From Hormiphora californensis (taxonomy: Eukaryota > Animalia > Ctenophora), in NCBI GenBank assembly GCA_020137815.1, contig CM035357.1, positions 1,550,001-1,614,000 of the forward strand: 64,000 nucleotides of DNA, read 5' to 3'. Below, one piece after another: positions 28,036 through 39,390 of the stretch. The translations under genes and the position numbers were made by a program. The notes beneath the pieces were generated by a model. The model searched no databases and was not told the origin of the DNA. It worked only from the letters and a program-made list of their open reading frames with translations. The number at the start of each line of letters is the position of its first letter. Position 1 is the stretch's first letter.

Positions 28036-28579
28036 TCTGAGATGGGGTCTACAGAGGCAGTGTGCGCGGCCTTTCAGCAATGGAGAGTGGGAGATGTTAG
28101 CAGCGATTCCCGCCGCGCACCGGTACACTGACCGTCCGCATGTCCTACATCTCGTACACGCAGCAAGATGTCGCTGATCCAGAGCTCAGAAGCCGGAAAA
28201 GAGCACAGCTGTGAGAGACAATTGTATTGATAAAGCTTGCACCCACACAGAGAGTTGGTAACGAAGTTACCCCTCCCTTGCCGGCCGGCGCGGCGTGCGA
28301 AGCACGCCAAACGAAGGCCGCGAAGAGTGTGAGGTGTCTTCGATACCAACACAGAGAGAAGGATAGTGTATTTGTTTCCCAACCTTATGTTGTATAATTT
28401 CGCCCCATTTTTTAACCAAATTAAACGCATTTTCTTTGAATTTGTACACTCGAGATGACAGACAACGAAACTTCTTTGACGGGGGAACGTATATAAATTA
28501 GTAAAATCTAGAAACAAGCGCACGTGTCTTTAACACATCATGTTATGTTAGTTCTCTCTCTCATATACAAAGACACACA

Positions 28580-31500
28580 CTACTGAGCGGCGAGCTTCCT
28601 CTTCAGAGATTCGGGCATCTCAGGGGGAGGGGGTCGGGGCAGCCTGAAGGCAACCTTTACGGAGTCGTAGATGAACCATTGGAGAGCGGTGAGGGTACCG
28701 ATCATGATGATTCGAGGACCGAGTCCCTTCCACATACCAGCAAGACCTGGGAAGAGAGAAGGGTAATGCAATCAATTCTTGTAAAGTGTGACAGGATAAT
28801 GGAATGAAGGATTGGGAATATATTCAAATATTCAGACGCCAGGGAGGCTGCATTAGCATATTTACACACTTCCTCACACTCCAGAGAGATATAGAGAGAA
28901 AGAAAGAGAGAGAGAGGAAGAAAGAGAGAGAGAGAGATAGATACCACCAACTTACCGAGCTCCTTGGCAGCTGAAGCAACACCACCGCCGGGGTTAGCGT
29001 TCAGTTTGGACACAATTGAGTCAGCAGGGTGAGATACGATGGCACAGAACACTCCGGCAATGTATCCAGCGACAAATGTGACGATCAGCTGTTCTCCCTT
29101 GGAGCAGTCAGATCGGGGCTTGGGTACAACGTGCCTGGGGGAGAGGAGTGTTAATATTTGATTTTCAGTTTAATTGGTTTTGGATGACACTATATGAAGA
29201 GGTCCGGACCGATCACGACTGAAAGGACGGATCAGGAATTGAGTTTGCTTAACCGCCATGTCAGAAGGAAGGAAAGTAGCAAGATACTGCTTGTGCAAAC
29301 ACACAGCCGCAGGAAGTATCGGTACCACCCTACACGCACCCTCCTGCCCCGGGTTCTGCAGAGTGGCGCATTGCTGACAACTGTCGATTTGAAGTTTGCG
29401 CGCGGCCACTCTCCTGCTAGTCGCGTGTGCGCAATTTCCAGAGTTTTCCTGCATCTCACCACGCACGACCAACGCAGCAGAGGCCGAGAAGGAGTAAATT
29501 TTCCGGTGCTAGTTGTTTTAAATTACCAGTAGCAGGAGGCCAACCAAGAAGAGATAAAGAAATATTATGAATTACACACTCACTTGTAGAGCAGCTCAAC
29601 GGTCTTCTCGAAGCAGGCGAACTTCATCATAGTGTAGGGAATCTGTCGGGCCCAAAGGGGAGATAGACCCTTGTAGAATCCATTCACACCCTCCTCTCTC
29701 AAGATTCGGGGGGCACCTGACAAAAAACAGGGGTTATTATTAGCCAGATTTATGTGATTTAATGGTCTCCATCGTACGTCTTTTTCAGTTTGCTGTTGGA
29801 AATTAGAATTGGCAGCAGATCAACTTGAACAACCAAATGTAGTCATTCTAACGTAATAATGCAATCTAACCTGTCTGCCGAATGTCTGCTACACAAACCA
29901 CTGTCTACCAATCAATCCGCCCTGACTATTGTAACACAACTATTCATTGTCTCATATAATACCGTACTCTTCGCACCGGGCCGTGAGCGAGTACGCACCG
30001 AGGTTGCTTGGTGTACACTGTACAGTCAGTGCCTGACAAACTGTTCATTACCTGCTCGGAGAGTTGTTTCCCAGCCAGGGGTGGTTTGAATTCGGACCTT
30101 GACACTCTCCATAGGACACAGGAAGATATCGGCAAAGAATTCAGCACTGGCAGAGGCAGCCAGGTACATAGAGGTCCTGTACAGGTAGGCGTTCTCCTGA
30201 TGGGAGAGGGAGGGGATTAGAGATGTGGAGAGGGGAGTGGCCAGTGTGGGATTAGAGGCAGCCAGGGAGGCCGAGGGAGAAGAGTGTCGAGTAGTGGGAG
30301 ATGAGCTGTGATAAGATCAAGGTGGTGGAGAAGTTGTTGTGGGATCTCGACACCAGCGGCCAAAAGGGCTAGAGTGAGTGGCCGTATATAACGGTGTGAG
30401 GACTGAGGGCAGGGAGTGAGAAATGAACTATGAATAGAACGGGGGAAGGTAATGAAAAGAGTGAGAGAGAAACAAGAGAGAGGGCTGAGTCCTGAAGGGG
30501 TAGACTGTAGAGTGTTATAGACAACAATTCTATAACAGGAAATTAACACGGATAGAGAGTGAACTGCTGTAGTTGCAAGAGACAACTATTGAGACCCCCC
30601 TAAACAAATTATGAATATCCTGCATATATCTACGATATTTTCAGGATATTCGGCGATACAACCGAGTGTAAAATATTACAAACTTAACTTTAGAACATAT
30701 TACAAACTACCACTTTACCTCTCCTAGGAGGCCACTGTACACATTCTTGAACAGCTCATAGAATCCGAACTTGCCGATTCCCTGCATTGAGTACCCAACA
30801 AGGGTTGGAGCCCATCCAAGGGTAAGGGCCTTGATACCACCCTCTTTAACTGTCACCTTGAATCCATTAGCTAGACCCTTGTACTTGGCGGGGTCAACCT
30901 GGGAGGGAGAGTGGGTGGTTAGTAGAGGGGGGGGGGGAGTAGGTGGTTAGTAGAGGGAGGGTGGGTTAGTTGAGGGAGGGGGAGTGGGTGGTTTAGTGGA
31001 GGGAGGGGGAGTGGGTGGGTTAGTAGACGGAGGGGGTGGGTTAGTAGAGGGAGGGGGGTGGGGGAGTTGAGGGAGGGAACTATAATAGTGGTTAGTTGTT
31101 TATCGACCAATGACATTGAATGTTGGGGTTTCTAAAGCCACTAACTGCCCTCCAATCCTCTCCCTATCTATTTTGCTAAATCTCTCCCTCTCAACTGGTT
31201 TGCATGCACGGCCAATTACACACAGACGGAAGTAAAGAAAGAGACATGCAGCTGATGTACTACTTGTATGAAAACACTCTCTCAACCCTTCTCTTCTCTA
31301 TCCCCCTAATACCAATAAATACCCCCATTGCAACCACTATCTTCCCTGGGAGACTGATCACTAACCTGGATTCGGCACTTGACGAGATCAAGGGGTACGA
31401 CAGCAGTGTGGGTGAGTCCACAACTGAGGAGACCTCCGAAGGCACAGAGACCATAGAACTTGGGGCTACCAACCTCACAACTGTACTGGGGTTCAGCTGA

Positions 31501-32401
31501 TGGAAGGGAAGGGGTTAGAGTGAGAGAGTTCAGCTGATAGGAGGGAGAGGGTTAGAGAAAGAGAGTTCAGCTGATGGGAGGGAAGGGAGGGGGTTTAGCT
31601 GATCATAGGAGGGAAGGGGTTAAGGCCAGAGGGGGGGGGTCGACGGATCTAAAAAGTCACTTTTGAGGTTTGGTCCGGCTCGAAGAGCCGGACCAGATGG
31701 AATAGTTGGAATCGTTTTAGCGCACACCGTTAAGGAGAAATTAAAACTAACAAAATGTTAACCTCAATAACTTTGGAACGAAGGCCTAAATCAAAAATCG
31801 CTACATCAGATTTCAGCACAAACATCTCAGGATCATGCCTGCCAAGTTTCAAGGCCCAACTCCTAGCCGTCTCTGAATGAATGGAAGGGAAGTAGGAAAA
31901 ATTCGGAAAAAATTGTTCTGAGATATTGACCAAAAGGCTACTTTTCGGGAAATATGTTAACCTCCAATATTTTGTGAACCGCTAGGGTTAGCACGATGAA
32001 ACTTTGCAGTCACGCTCTCCTTGGTGAGATCTAACTTTTTGAACCGTTTCTACTGTCTCAAGTCATCCCTCGTGTGATTTATTGAGGTTAACTTCGATTT
32101 TGGGGCAAAAGTTAACCTCAAATTTCTCCTTAACGGTGTGCGCTAAAACGATTCCAACTATTCCATCTGGTCCGGCTCTTCGAGCCGGACCAAACCTCAA
32201 AAGTGACTTTTTAGACCCGTCGACCCCCCCCCCCTCTGGCCTTAATGTGAGATTTCAGATAAAAGGGGTAACCAACGATCATTGCGGAATTTGCGGCACA
32301 ATTAGTTCAGAGTTGTATTCAGTCTACAACCTATGTAACATACCTGATGCGGCAACAAGTTGCCTCTGGAAGAAAGCCTCCTTCTGTCGTTCAAATACCA
32401 T
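28580..32401 (-). CDS. SLC25A3: Mitochondrial phosphate carrier; exons 32401-32344, 31496-31366, 30898-30719, 30196-30052, 29716-29584, 29134-28956, 28746-28580
   Basis: [97 protein letters not shown]. Confidence 0.95.
29835..30040 (-). ncRNA. Candidate intronic H/ACA-like structured RNA in SLC25A3
   Basis: Two hairpin domains on the host strand, ACAATA (ANANNA) between them, and ACA after the 3' stem GTCA..TGAC. Unverified. Confidence 0.25.
31624..32241. mobile_element. TTAA-target MITE with ~120-bp TIRs in SLC25A3 intron 1
   Basis: TTAA-GGCCAGAGGGGGGGGGTCGACGG...CCGTCGACCCCCCCCCCCTCTGGCC-TTAA. Confidence 0.85.
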
Positions 32402-32849
32402 CTCTCACTCGAACAAGCTATTGTAGAGAGAAGGAAAGTCGGTAAATCATCAGGCAAGGAGGGAGAAATATTGGATAGTTGGAGTATCATTAAAAGTCAG
32501 AGTTTTTAAAACGAAATCCCACTTATTTACATGCATGATACAATTTAAAACATAAGCAAACAGATAATTCAAAAAACTGAGGGTCAAAATAAAACACAAT
32601 TTAAAATATTATAGTCCATTTTCTGAGGGTCACACTCAGGTTTAGTTGGTGGAGAACAGGACAAGGTCTAACCACCGTGATGAATCTGGTAGAAACCAGA
32701 ACTTCTTACAACTCCATCCTTCGACCTACTCTGAAAAAGTGGGGTTAGTTTTGGAGATATGATTTTGGTAAAAAGTAAATAAAAAAGAGGGGCTCTAGGT
32801 TAAAATTATAAATTGTTTCAATCATAAAAAAACAGCATACAAAAGTCTC

Positions 32850-33679
32850 TCAATAAGTAACATTCCTCCCACCCTCATCCCTTCCCTCCACCAATCCAGT
32901 TCTAACCCACAACTCCCCACCATTACCCCGTCTCATTGGCACCACAATCCCTCCTCCCCCGTCCTCAACCGTACCTTGTCTACCGACCACACACTTGGCC
33001 CGAATACACTCCTTAGCAGAGGCCAGGTCCACTCCCCCGTCAGTGTATGAGTTGAGGACATAGGGGACATCAGTTGCAGCACAGTTAATGTGAACATTGT
33101 CACATCCAACCTGGTTAAATATATTCGTTAGTTATACAAACAACAAGGGGCAGATCAAAAATACTGCATTAATGAAAAGAATGAAGTTTAATAGTGTAAT
33201 ATAGCGAGATCGTTTGCACTAATTGACTGTTACATACCCGTTCAATGAGTCTAGCAGTGGCCCACATGCAGATACACCAGCTATCACCGGGGTTGGGTTC
33301 GTTACAGATCCTGTCCTTCCAGTTCCATCGCTGCTGGCCTGGGAAACAGAGATGTTAATGTTTAGGATGTATCAGTAATTAATAGCAGATTAGCTCCACA
33401 AGTTCTAGTAAAGGGTTAAATTAATTTCATCCAAAGGGTGTTAATATCGGCCATTGATTTACCAGTAATATCCCAAAAGCTGTCACCCTCGTTGTCCCAA
33501 CTCAGTTCATTGCAATCTTGAGGGTTATCGACCAGCTTTGCACACACCCTATGGGTTCTGTCATGGTTGCATTTGTAATCCCCATACCTAGGACCCTCTC
33601 CAGGACAAACAGCGACGTCTCCGGAGTGGCTGAGCACACTCAGAACAGACAGGGTAAACGCGGCGAGCAGTTTCGGCAT
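32850..33679 (-). CDS. Secreted Cys-rich DUF2237-like protein; exons 33679-33463, 33338-33238, 33110-(32975 or 32850)
   Basis: Signal-peptide-like MPKLLAAFTLSVLSVLSHS; THRVCAKL..FWDITGQ..NPGDSWCICMWATARLIERVGCDNVHINCAATD resembles the DUF2237 pattern HxVCA / PGDxWCxC / ATH. The 3' end is uncertain. Confidence 0.6.
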
Positions 33680-34321
33680 CCTTAAAATAATTTTTGGTGA
33701 GTTTGAGTTGGAATAAAACTGTTTCAAGATAAAATGAAGCAAACGAGTGATAAATCGGGTATCGCCCAGACACCAGTAAACAGTCGAAACCGGAAGAGAC
33801 GCGCAAGGAAGGACAAATCGGAAAAAGGACAAATTTTGCGCTCTGCAAAAAAAGAGCTCTTCCCCAAAATTTTGCAATTTTATTTTATGCAGTGTTCAAG
33901 AGCGCGGCGCATGCGCGGCACGCAAATGCAGTGTAAAAAAATTTGATTGTAACGCCGCGCGCTCGGCTCCAAAAATTATATTTCAACCAAGCGTGACTTT
34001 TTGTTTTGTCTTTTTCTTCAGTTTTTGCCCCCTCGACCGGCGACCGGCGACCCCTACCGAATACCGATGAGGCCCCTCGGAAATGTTCAAGTCATGCACA
34101 ATCAAGTCACGCCCACCAATCACAGCTCAGAACGCGCGGAGTGCTTCACGCGTTTCAAACTTTTCAACACTACTTTAAACAAATTAATTTGAGGGGCAAG
34201 ACGCCACTGCGGCACCCCCCCTCAATTGTTTCAGTCGTATGACCCTACAATAAGTGGACGAGCGGATCCCGAGACTGTGAGTAAACACAATCCTCACAAC
34301 CATCACAGTCACAATCCACTG

Positions 34322-35755
34322 ATGAATCCTGAACTTCCATCCTCTTCTACAAGAAGCGGGATGAAGTTTTCAGCCTTCGCAACCCCACCTAGAGGTTCCC
34401 ATCAGGCGATGCCAGTGCAAACGCCAAGTCACTTCACCTCTGCCAACCAATGTTTGTGTAATGGGAATATGACAAACAGGGCCATGCTGAAGTGCAGTAC
34501 GTGTAAATCATGTTTCCATGACGAATGCGTAGGTCTGAAGTCACTAGGCGATCTTGTTTCACCATCAGACGATGGTTTGTTTCCCCTTGAAGACTGGGTT
34601 TGCAGCGCTTGCATCTTTACGTCCAGGCTTCTCAAACCTGGTAGTCCTTTTCTAGAAGCTATAGCTATTAAGGTTGCTAGGCTTATGACAGATACTAGCC
34701 AGTCATCTGATAACAGCTCTCACTTCGACACAACTGTTAACGCATGGCAAAACAACACCATTTCCGTAACATCTGAAGCGAGTATTGACAGCGTCACCCC
34801 CAGCATCATGAACAATGACAATTTCCCACCGCTACCTTCATCCAACAGCAAATCTTCACTTCAATCCACCGCCACAGCATCCACTGACACAGCTAACACT
34901 GCTGCATCTCGCCCAGGTATCCAAAGCACAACCTCCTCTAAGGTTACAGCGAGAAAAGCACTTCCACCCCAGCCTCGATTGACGATCCACTGTGATGATG
35001 TAAAGGAGACGAGGAATGCTATCGACAAAGCCTTGGAAAATATACCTATCTCTCAAGCAAGAAACTTTTCTTCTTCGGTAAGAGTATGGTTTCCCAATGA
35101 GGAATGCCAGCGATTGGCCACAGAATGTTTGAAGACTGCAGGAGTGCTAGAGCAAACTGCCAGAGTGTCCGCTGAGGTAATGTCAAAAGTAGAACTCAGG
35201 TTTGTCCCTGTTGATTCACTCCCAAGAGATGCCACAACTGCGGAATGTAGAAAATTCTGTCTCGAGAAGCTAACAGCAAAAAATGAAGTTCTGAGAACCT
35301 GCAAAGACCTTTCCATTGTCTATTTCAAACGCACGCATACAGACCCGGACCTAGCCACAATTGTCCTGAAACTACCAGTGCAGCTGAAGGACAAGCTTAT
35401 GTCTGACGGTAGGGTCTTCTTTCAAATGTCTTCCGTCAGAGTGTCTCATCGTGTACACATCAAGAGATGTCCTCACTGCCAAGCCCTTGGCCACTACCCT
35501 GATAAATGCCCGAAGAAATCCCATCCAGCGACATGCATGTATTGTGCAGAAGAACATTCTACTGAAAGCTGTTCACTGAAAGAGGACACTGAGAAACACT
35601 GCTGTAAAAACTGTATCAACAATACAGGACTCTCCTCAGATGTTAAACCTCACCATGCTGGCTCACCTAAATGCCCAACGTACAAAGAGCACTATGATCG
35701 TATTTCAAAAAACTACCGTCAACGCAGCACCTTGCTCTCAAATACGGCAATCTAA
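34322..35755 (+). CDS. LINE ORF1p with PHD finger and CCHC zinc knuckles
   Basis: CLC..CSTC..FHDEC..WVCSAC; CPHCQALGHYPDKC, CMYCAEEHSTESC, CKNC..H..C. Confidence 0.85.
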   Translation: MNPELPSSSTRSGMKFSAFATPPRGSHQAMPVQTPSHFTSANQCLCNGNMTNRAMLKCSTCKSCFHDECVGLKSLGDLVSPSDDGLFPLEDWVCSACIFTSRLLKPGSPFLEAIAIKVARLMTDTSQSSDNSSHFDTTVNAWQNNTISVTSEASIDSVTPSIMNNDNFPPLPSSNSKSSLQSTATASTDTANTAASRPGIQSTTSSKVTARKALPPQPRLTIHCDDVKETRNAIDKALENIPISQARNFSSSVRVWFPNEECQRLATECLKTAGVLEQTARVSAEVMSKVELRFVPVDSLPRDATTAECRKFCLEKLTAKNEVLRTCKDLSIVYFKRTHTDPDLATIVLKLPVQLKDKLMSDGRVFFQMSSVRVSHRVHIKRCPHCQALGHYPDKCPKKSHPATCMYCAEEHSTESCSLKEDTEKHCCKNCINNTGLSSDVKPHHAGSPKCPTYKEHYDRISKNYRQRSTLLSNTAI

Positions 35756-38622
35756 ACTGCAGATCGATGAACAACAAACTTGGTGAAATATACGGGGCGT
35801 GCTGCGATCTTGACCTTGACGTACTCGGTTTGACAGAAACCTGGCTAGAAGACGGTGACGTAGTCACCCCTGCACTGATGAAAGAACTAGGATACAATCT
35901 CTATAGTTCGGCAAGAGGGGCAAGAGGAGGCGGCGTCGCTATCTTAGCGAGGAAAGCATTACGTGTAATACCTATCAAGACTAAGAACAAACCAACAACT
36001 TTTGAATGTATCGAAGCTACGATTGAAGGCGGGCATCTTCAGAAAACTAGATTGGTTGTGGTATACAGACCTCCGTCCTCTTCCAAAAAGGAGTTCTTGG
36101 CAGAATTCGAAGAGTACATATCGTCACTAAACGGCCTCAGTGGACACCCTGTTATCTTGGGCGATTTCAATATCCATACTGAGGATGACGATGATCATAC
36201 TTCAAACTCCTTCCGTGATTTGCTTGTAGATGAGCGATGGACACAGCATGTCGAGGATCCAACACACGAAAGTGGCGGTACATTGGACTTGGTGATAAGC
36301 AGAGATGATGAAGCTTCACCTAGGATTAGTGCAGTCGAGGTTGCAAAATCCTCCGTTTCAGACCATTATGCTGTCACATTCTACTTACACGTCGGAAAAC
36401 CAATTCAGCAAGAAAGAAAAGCTGTTCTGTGCAGAAACATGAAAAAGCTCACTGTTGAGGTCCTATCTATGAAAATAGATGAGTCACCGCTGATGTCAAA
36501 TCCACGTCCCTCTACACTGGAAGGGTGTCTCAACCTGTACAACGTCTCACTTCGAGAAATACGGGATGAGATAGCTCCACTACAGGAAAAGGTTATTAAA
36601 GACTCGGATCACCCACCTTGGTATGATACACTTTGTGAGGAAGCTAAAACCTCCCGCAGGACACGAGAAAGAGCTCTGAAGACGACCTTGAAAGACTCCA
36701 CGAAGAAAGAAGAACACAAAGAAGCTAGAACAGCTCTGAATAAAGCTATGAAAGAAACATCCAGATTTCTCATGAAAACCAGGATAAATTTCTATCGTGG
36801 AAAGCTTGACTACGTGGCTGATGATCCAGCTGCTGTCAGTGGGTTAATCAACAAACTACTGGGAAAAGACAAGATCCCACAGGAGCTTCCAAACGGGAAT
36901 TCTTCGAGTGAAACAGCAGAAAACTTTGGCACTTTCTTCAAATCGAAAATCGAGGATATCTACGAGACGATCAGAGTTGAAAACGAACAATCTGAACCAT
37001 TGCCAGAACTACCACAAACTGACTACACTGGTGCCACATTTTCATCCTTCCGAAAAGTAACTGAAGAGGAACTCAGTGCTATAATTCAATCTATGGAGAA
37101 AAAGCACTGTGATCTCGATCCTATCCCTACCAGCAAACTCGTAGGTGTTCTCCCGAAGTTACTTCCTCTTATCTCTGACATTGTCAACAAAAGCCTACAA
37201 GAAGGTTTAGTTCCTGAACAGCTGAAGCAATCACTGATTCGACCCTCGTTCAAGAAGAAAGGAAGCCCGGAAGAACTCAATAACTACAGACCGGTATCCA
37301 ACTTAGCTTTTATATCCAAGCTAATTGAAAAATGTGCGTCTATACAGCTTACGGAGCGCCTTGAGACGAACGAACTGTTTCCAGGAGTTCAATCGGCGTA
37401 CCGAAAACATCATAGCACTGAGACCACACTGGTGAAAGTAGTGAATGATCTTCTTCTAATTACAGACACGAAATCTAAGGCGGTACTTGTATTGCTAGAC
37501 CTCAGTGCTGCCTTCGACACGATTAACCATGAATTGTTACTTGGGAAACTGAGGAGGAATTATGGCGTTGAAGGTACTGCCCTTGAATGGTTTGCCTCCT
37601 ACCTCAAAGATAGGAAAGCTTCTGTGAAAATTGAGACCTCTACATCCTCGCCCTTAGCCATCAACATCGGAGTGCCACAGGGCTCTATACTTGGACCACT
37701 GTTGTTCATTCTGTACACAAAAGAGTTGGAAAGTATTGCTAGGCACTATGGACTAATGGTGGAGCTATATGCTGACGATACTCAGTTGTATGTTTCTTTC
37801 AGCAACGATTCTCTCCTAGACCTCGAGACGAAACTGCAGGGTTGCTTAAACCACATCAAAGCGTGGATGTCCAAGAACTTCCTCAGACTCAACCCCAGCA
37901 AAACTGAAATAATCGTGTTAAACAACAAACATGATAAAACAGAAAACCCTGAAAGCCTTCAAACGATGAGCAACCATGAATCTACAAAGCCACTTACACT
38001 AGTAAGGAACCTTGGTGTGTTTCTGGACTCAGAGCTCTCCCTATCTGGTCATGTATCCAGAACCGTAAGGACGTGTCAACTAGCCCTTATGAATCTTTGA
38101 AAAATCCACAGAATGTTGGGTGTTACTCTGAAAGTCAAACTTGTTAACAGTTTAATACACAGCAGACTGGACTACTGTAACAGCCTCCTTGCTGGTTCTT
38201 CTGCCAAAGACATCGGTCGATTACAGAAGATTCAAAACTCTGCAGCCCGTTTCGTCTTTGGACAACGCCTCTACCAAGGCACCACAAACCTTCGCAAACA
38301 GCTTCATTTCCTACCCGTTCGAGAAAGAGTGCAGTACAAGTTGTGTCTACTGACATACAAAACACTGAATGGGATAGCCCCACCTTACCTATCGAAGATG
38401 ATAACACTCCGTCAACCGAAGTTAAAAAGTCTACGAAGGGATACTGACAAAACCTTACTTGACAAGAACTATGCCAGATATTGTTCGAGTAAAGGTGCGT
38501 TCAGTGTCGCTGCTCCGGAAATATGGAATAGCTTACCTTCTTCTCTTCGGGAAAGCTCATCCATCACATCATTCAAATCCAACCTGAAAACCCACTTCTT
38601 CCGGAAGGCATACGAGTGTTAA
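35698..38622 (+). CDS. LINE ORF2p: AP endonuclease + reverse transcriptase, with a single in-frame TGA at 38098-38100
   Basis: NLNCRS, LTETW, GDFN, SDH; NYRPVSNL, LDLSAAFDTI, GVPQGSILGP, YADD; HSRLDYCNSLL, IQNSAAR, LKTHFF. Confidence 0.92.
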
Positions 38623-39013
38623 AAACAATGTATGAAGACAATTTATACTACGAGAATTGTGGTAGAGAGATGAGAGAGAGTTGAGGATCCCGAATTAGAG
38701 TGTGAAACCGTGAAGTTAGAACGACCAGTACTCTTTTCACTCACGCTTTCTAAACTGGTCTTTCTTACTAATTTATATCTAATACTTATTCTTTTTATGT
38801 GACGGATCCCCAGAACTCGGAAAAAAAAAAGAGCCTGGGCTAAAAAATCAAAAAAAAAAAAAAAAAAAAAAAAAGTAAAGCAGAAAAGATCCAAAAAAAA
38901 AAAAAAAGACAACAAAAAAAAAGACAATAAAAAAACTGTTAAGAAAAAAGGGGGAAATATAAATTATAAATGGACACCAAAATTGGGGTATGGGGGTGGA
39001 AGGGTTGCAGTGA

Positions 39014-39390
39014 GGTGTTGTGCAGTGGAGTGTGTTGGGCTCTACTTATAGAAGTACAGCCAGTATAGTGTGTTGCAGTGGAGTGTGTTGGGCTTTACTT
39101 ACAGAAGTACAGCCAGTACGGTGTAGTGTAGTGGAGTGTGTTGGGCTCTACTTATAGCAGTACAGCCAGTATGGTGTGGTGCAGTGGAGTGTGTTGGGCT
39201 TTACTTACAGAAGTACAGCCAGTATGGTGTAGTGTAGTGGAGTGTGTTGGGCTCTACTTATAGAAGTACAGCCAGTATGATGTGGTGCAGTGGAGTGTGT
39301 TGGGCTTTACTTATAGAAGTACAGTCGGTATGGTGTGGTGTAGTGGAGTGTGTTGGGCTTTACTTATAGAAGTACAGCCAGTGTGGTGAG
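39014..39390. repeat. 53-bp minisatellite, about 7 copies
   Basis: AGTGGAGTGTGTTGGGCT recurs at 39024, 39077, 39130, 39183, 39236, 39289, 39342. Confidence 0.9.

Larger units (their letters stand above)
33960..38950 (+). mobile_element. Near-full-length non-LTR retrotransposon (CR1/L2/Crack group)
   Basis: ORF1 + ORF2 + A-rich tail at 38820-38950; 5' end approximate, no TSD found. Confidence 0.9.

Noticed and set aside
38098-38100. Programmed readthrough or selenocysteine in LINE ORF2
   Set aside because: A single TGG>TGA mutation is the simpler explanation, and no supporting signal is seen.
39014-39390. Regular repeat resembling a CRISPR array
   Set aside because: The units are contiguous with no unique spacers, there are no cas genes, and the context is eukaryotic.
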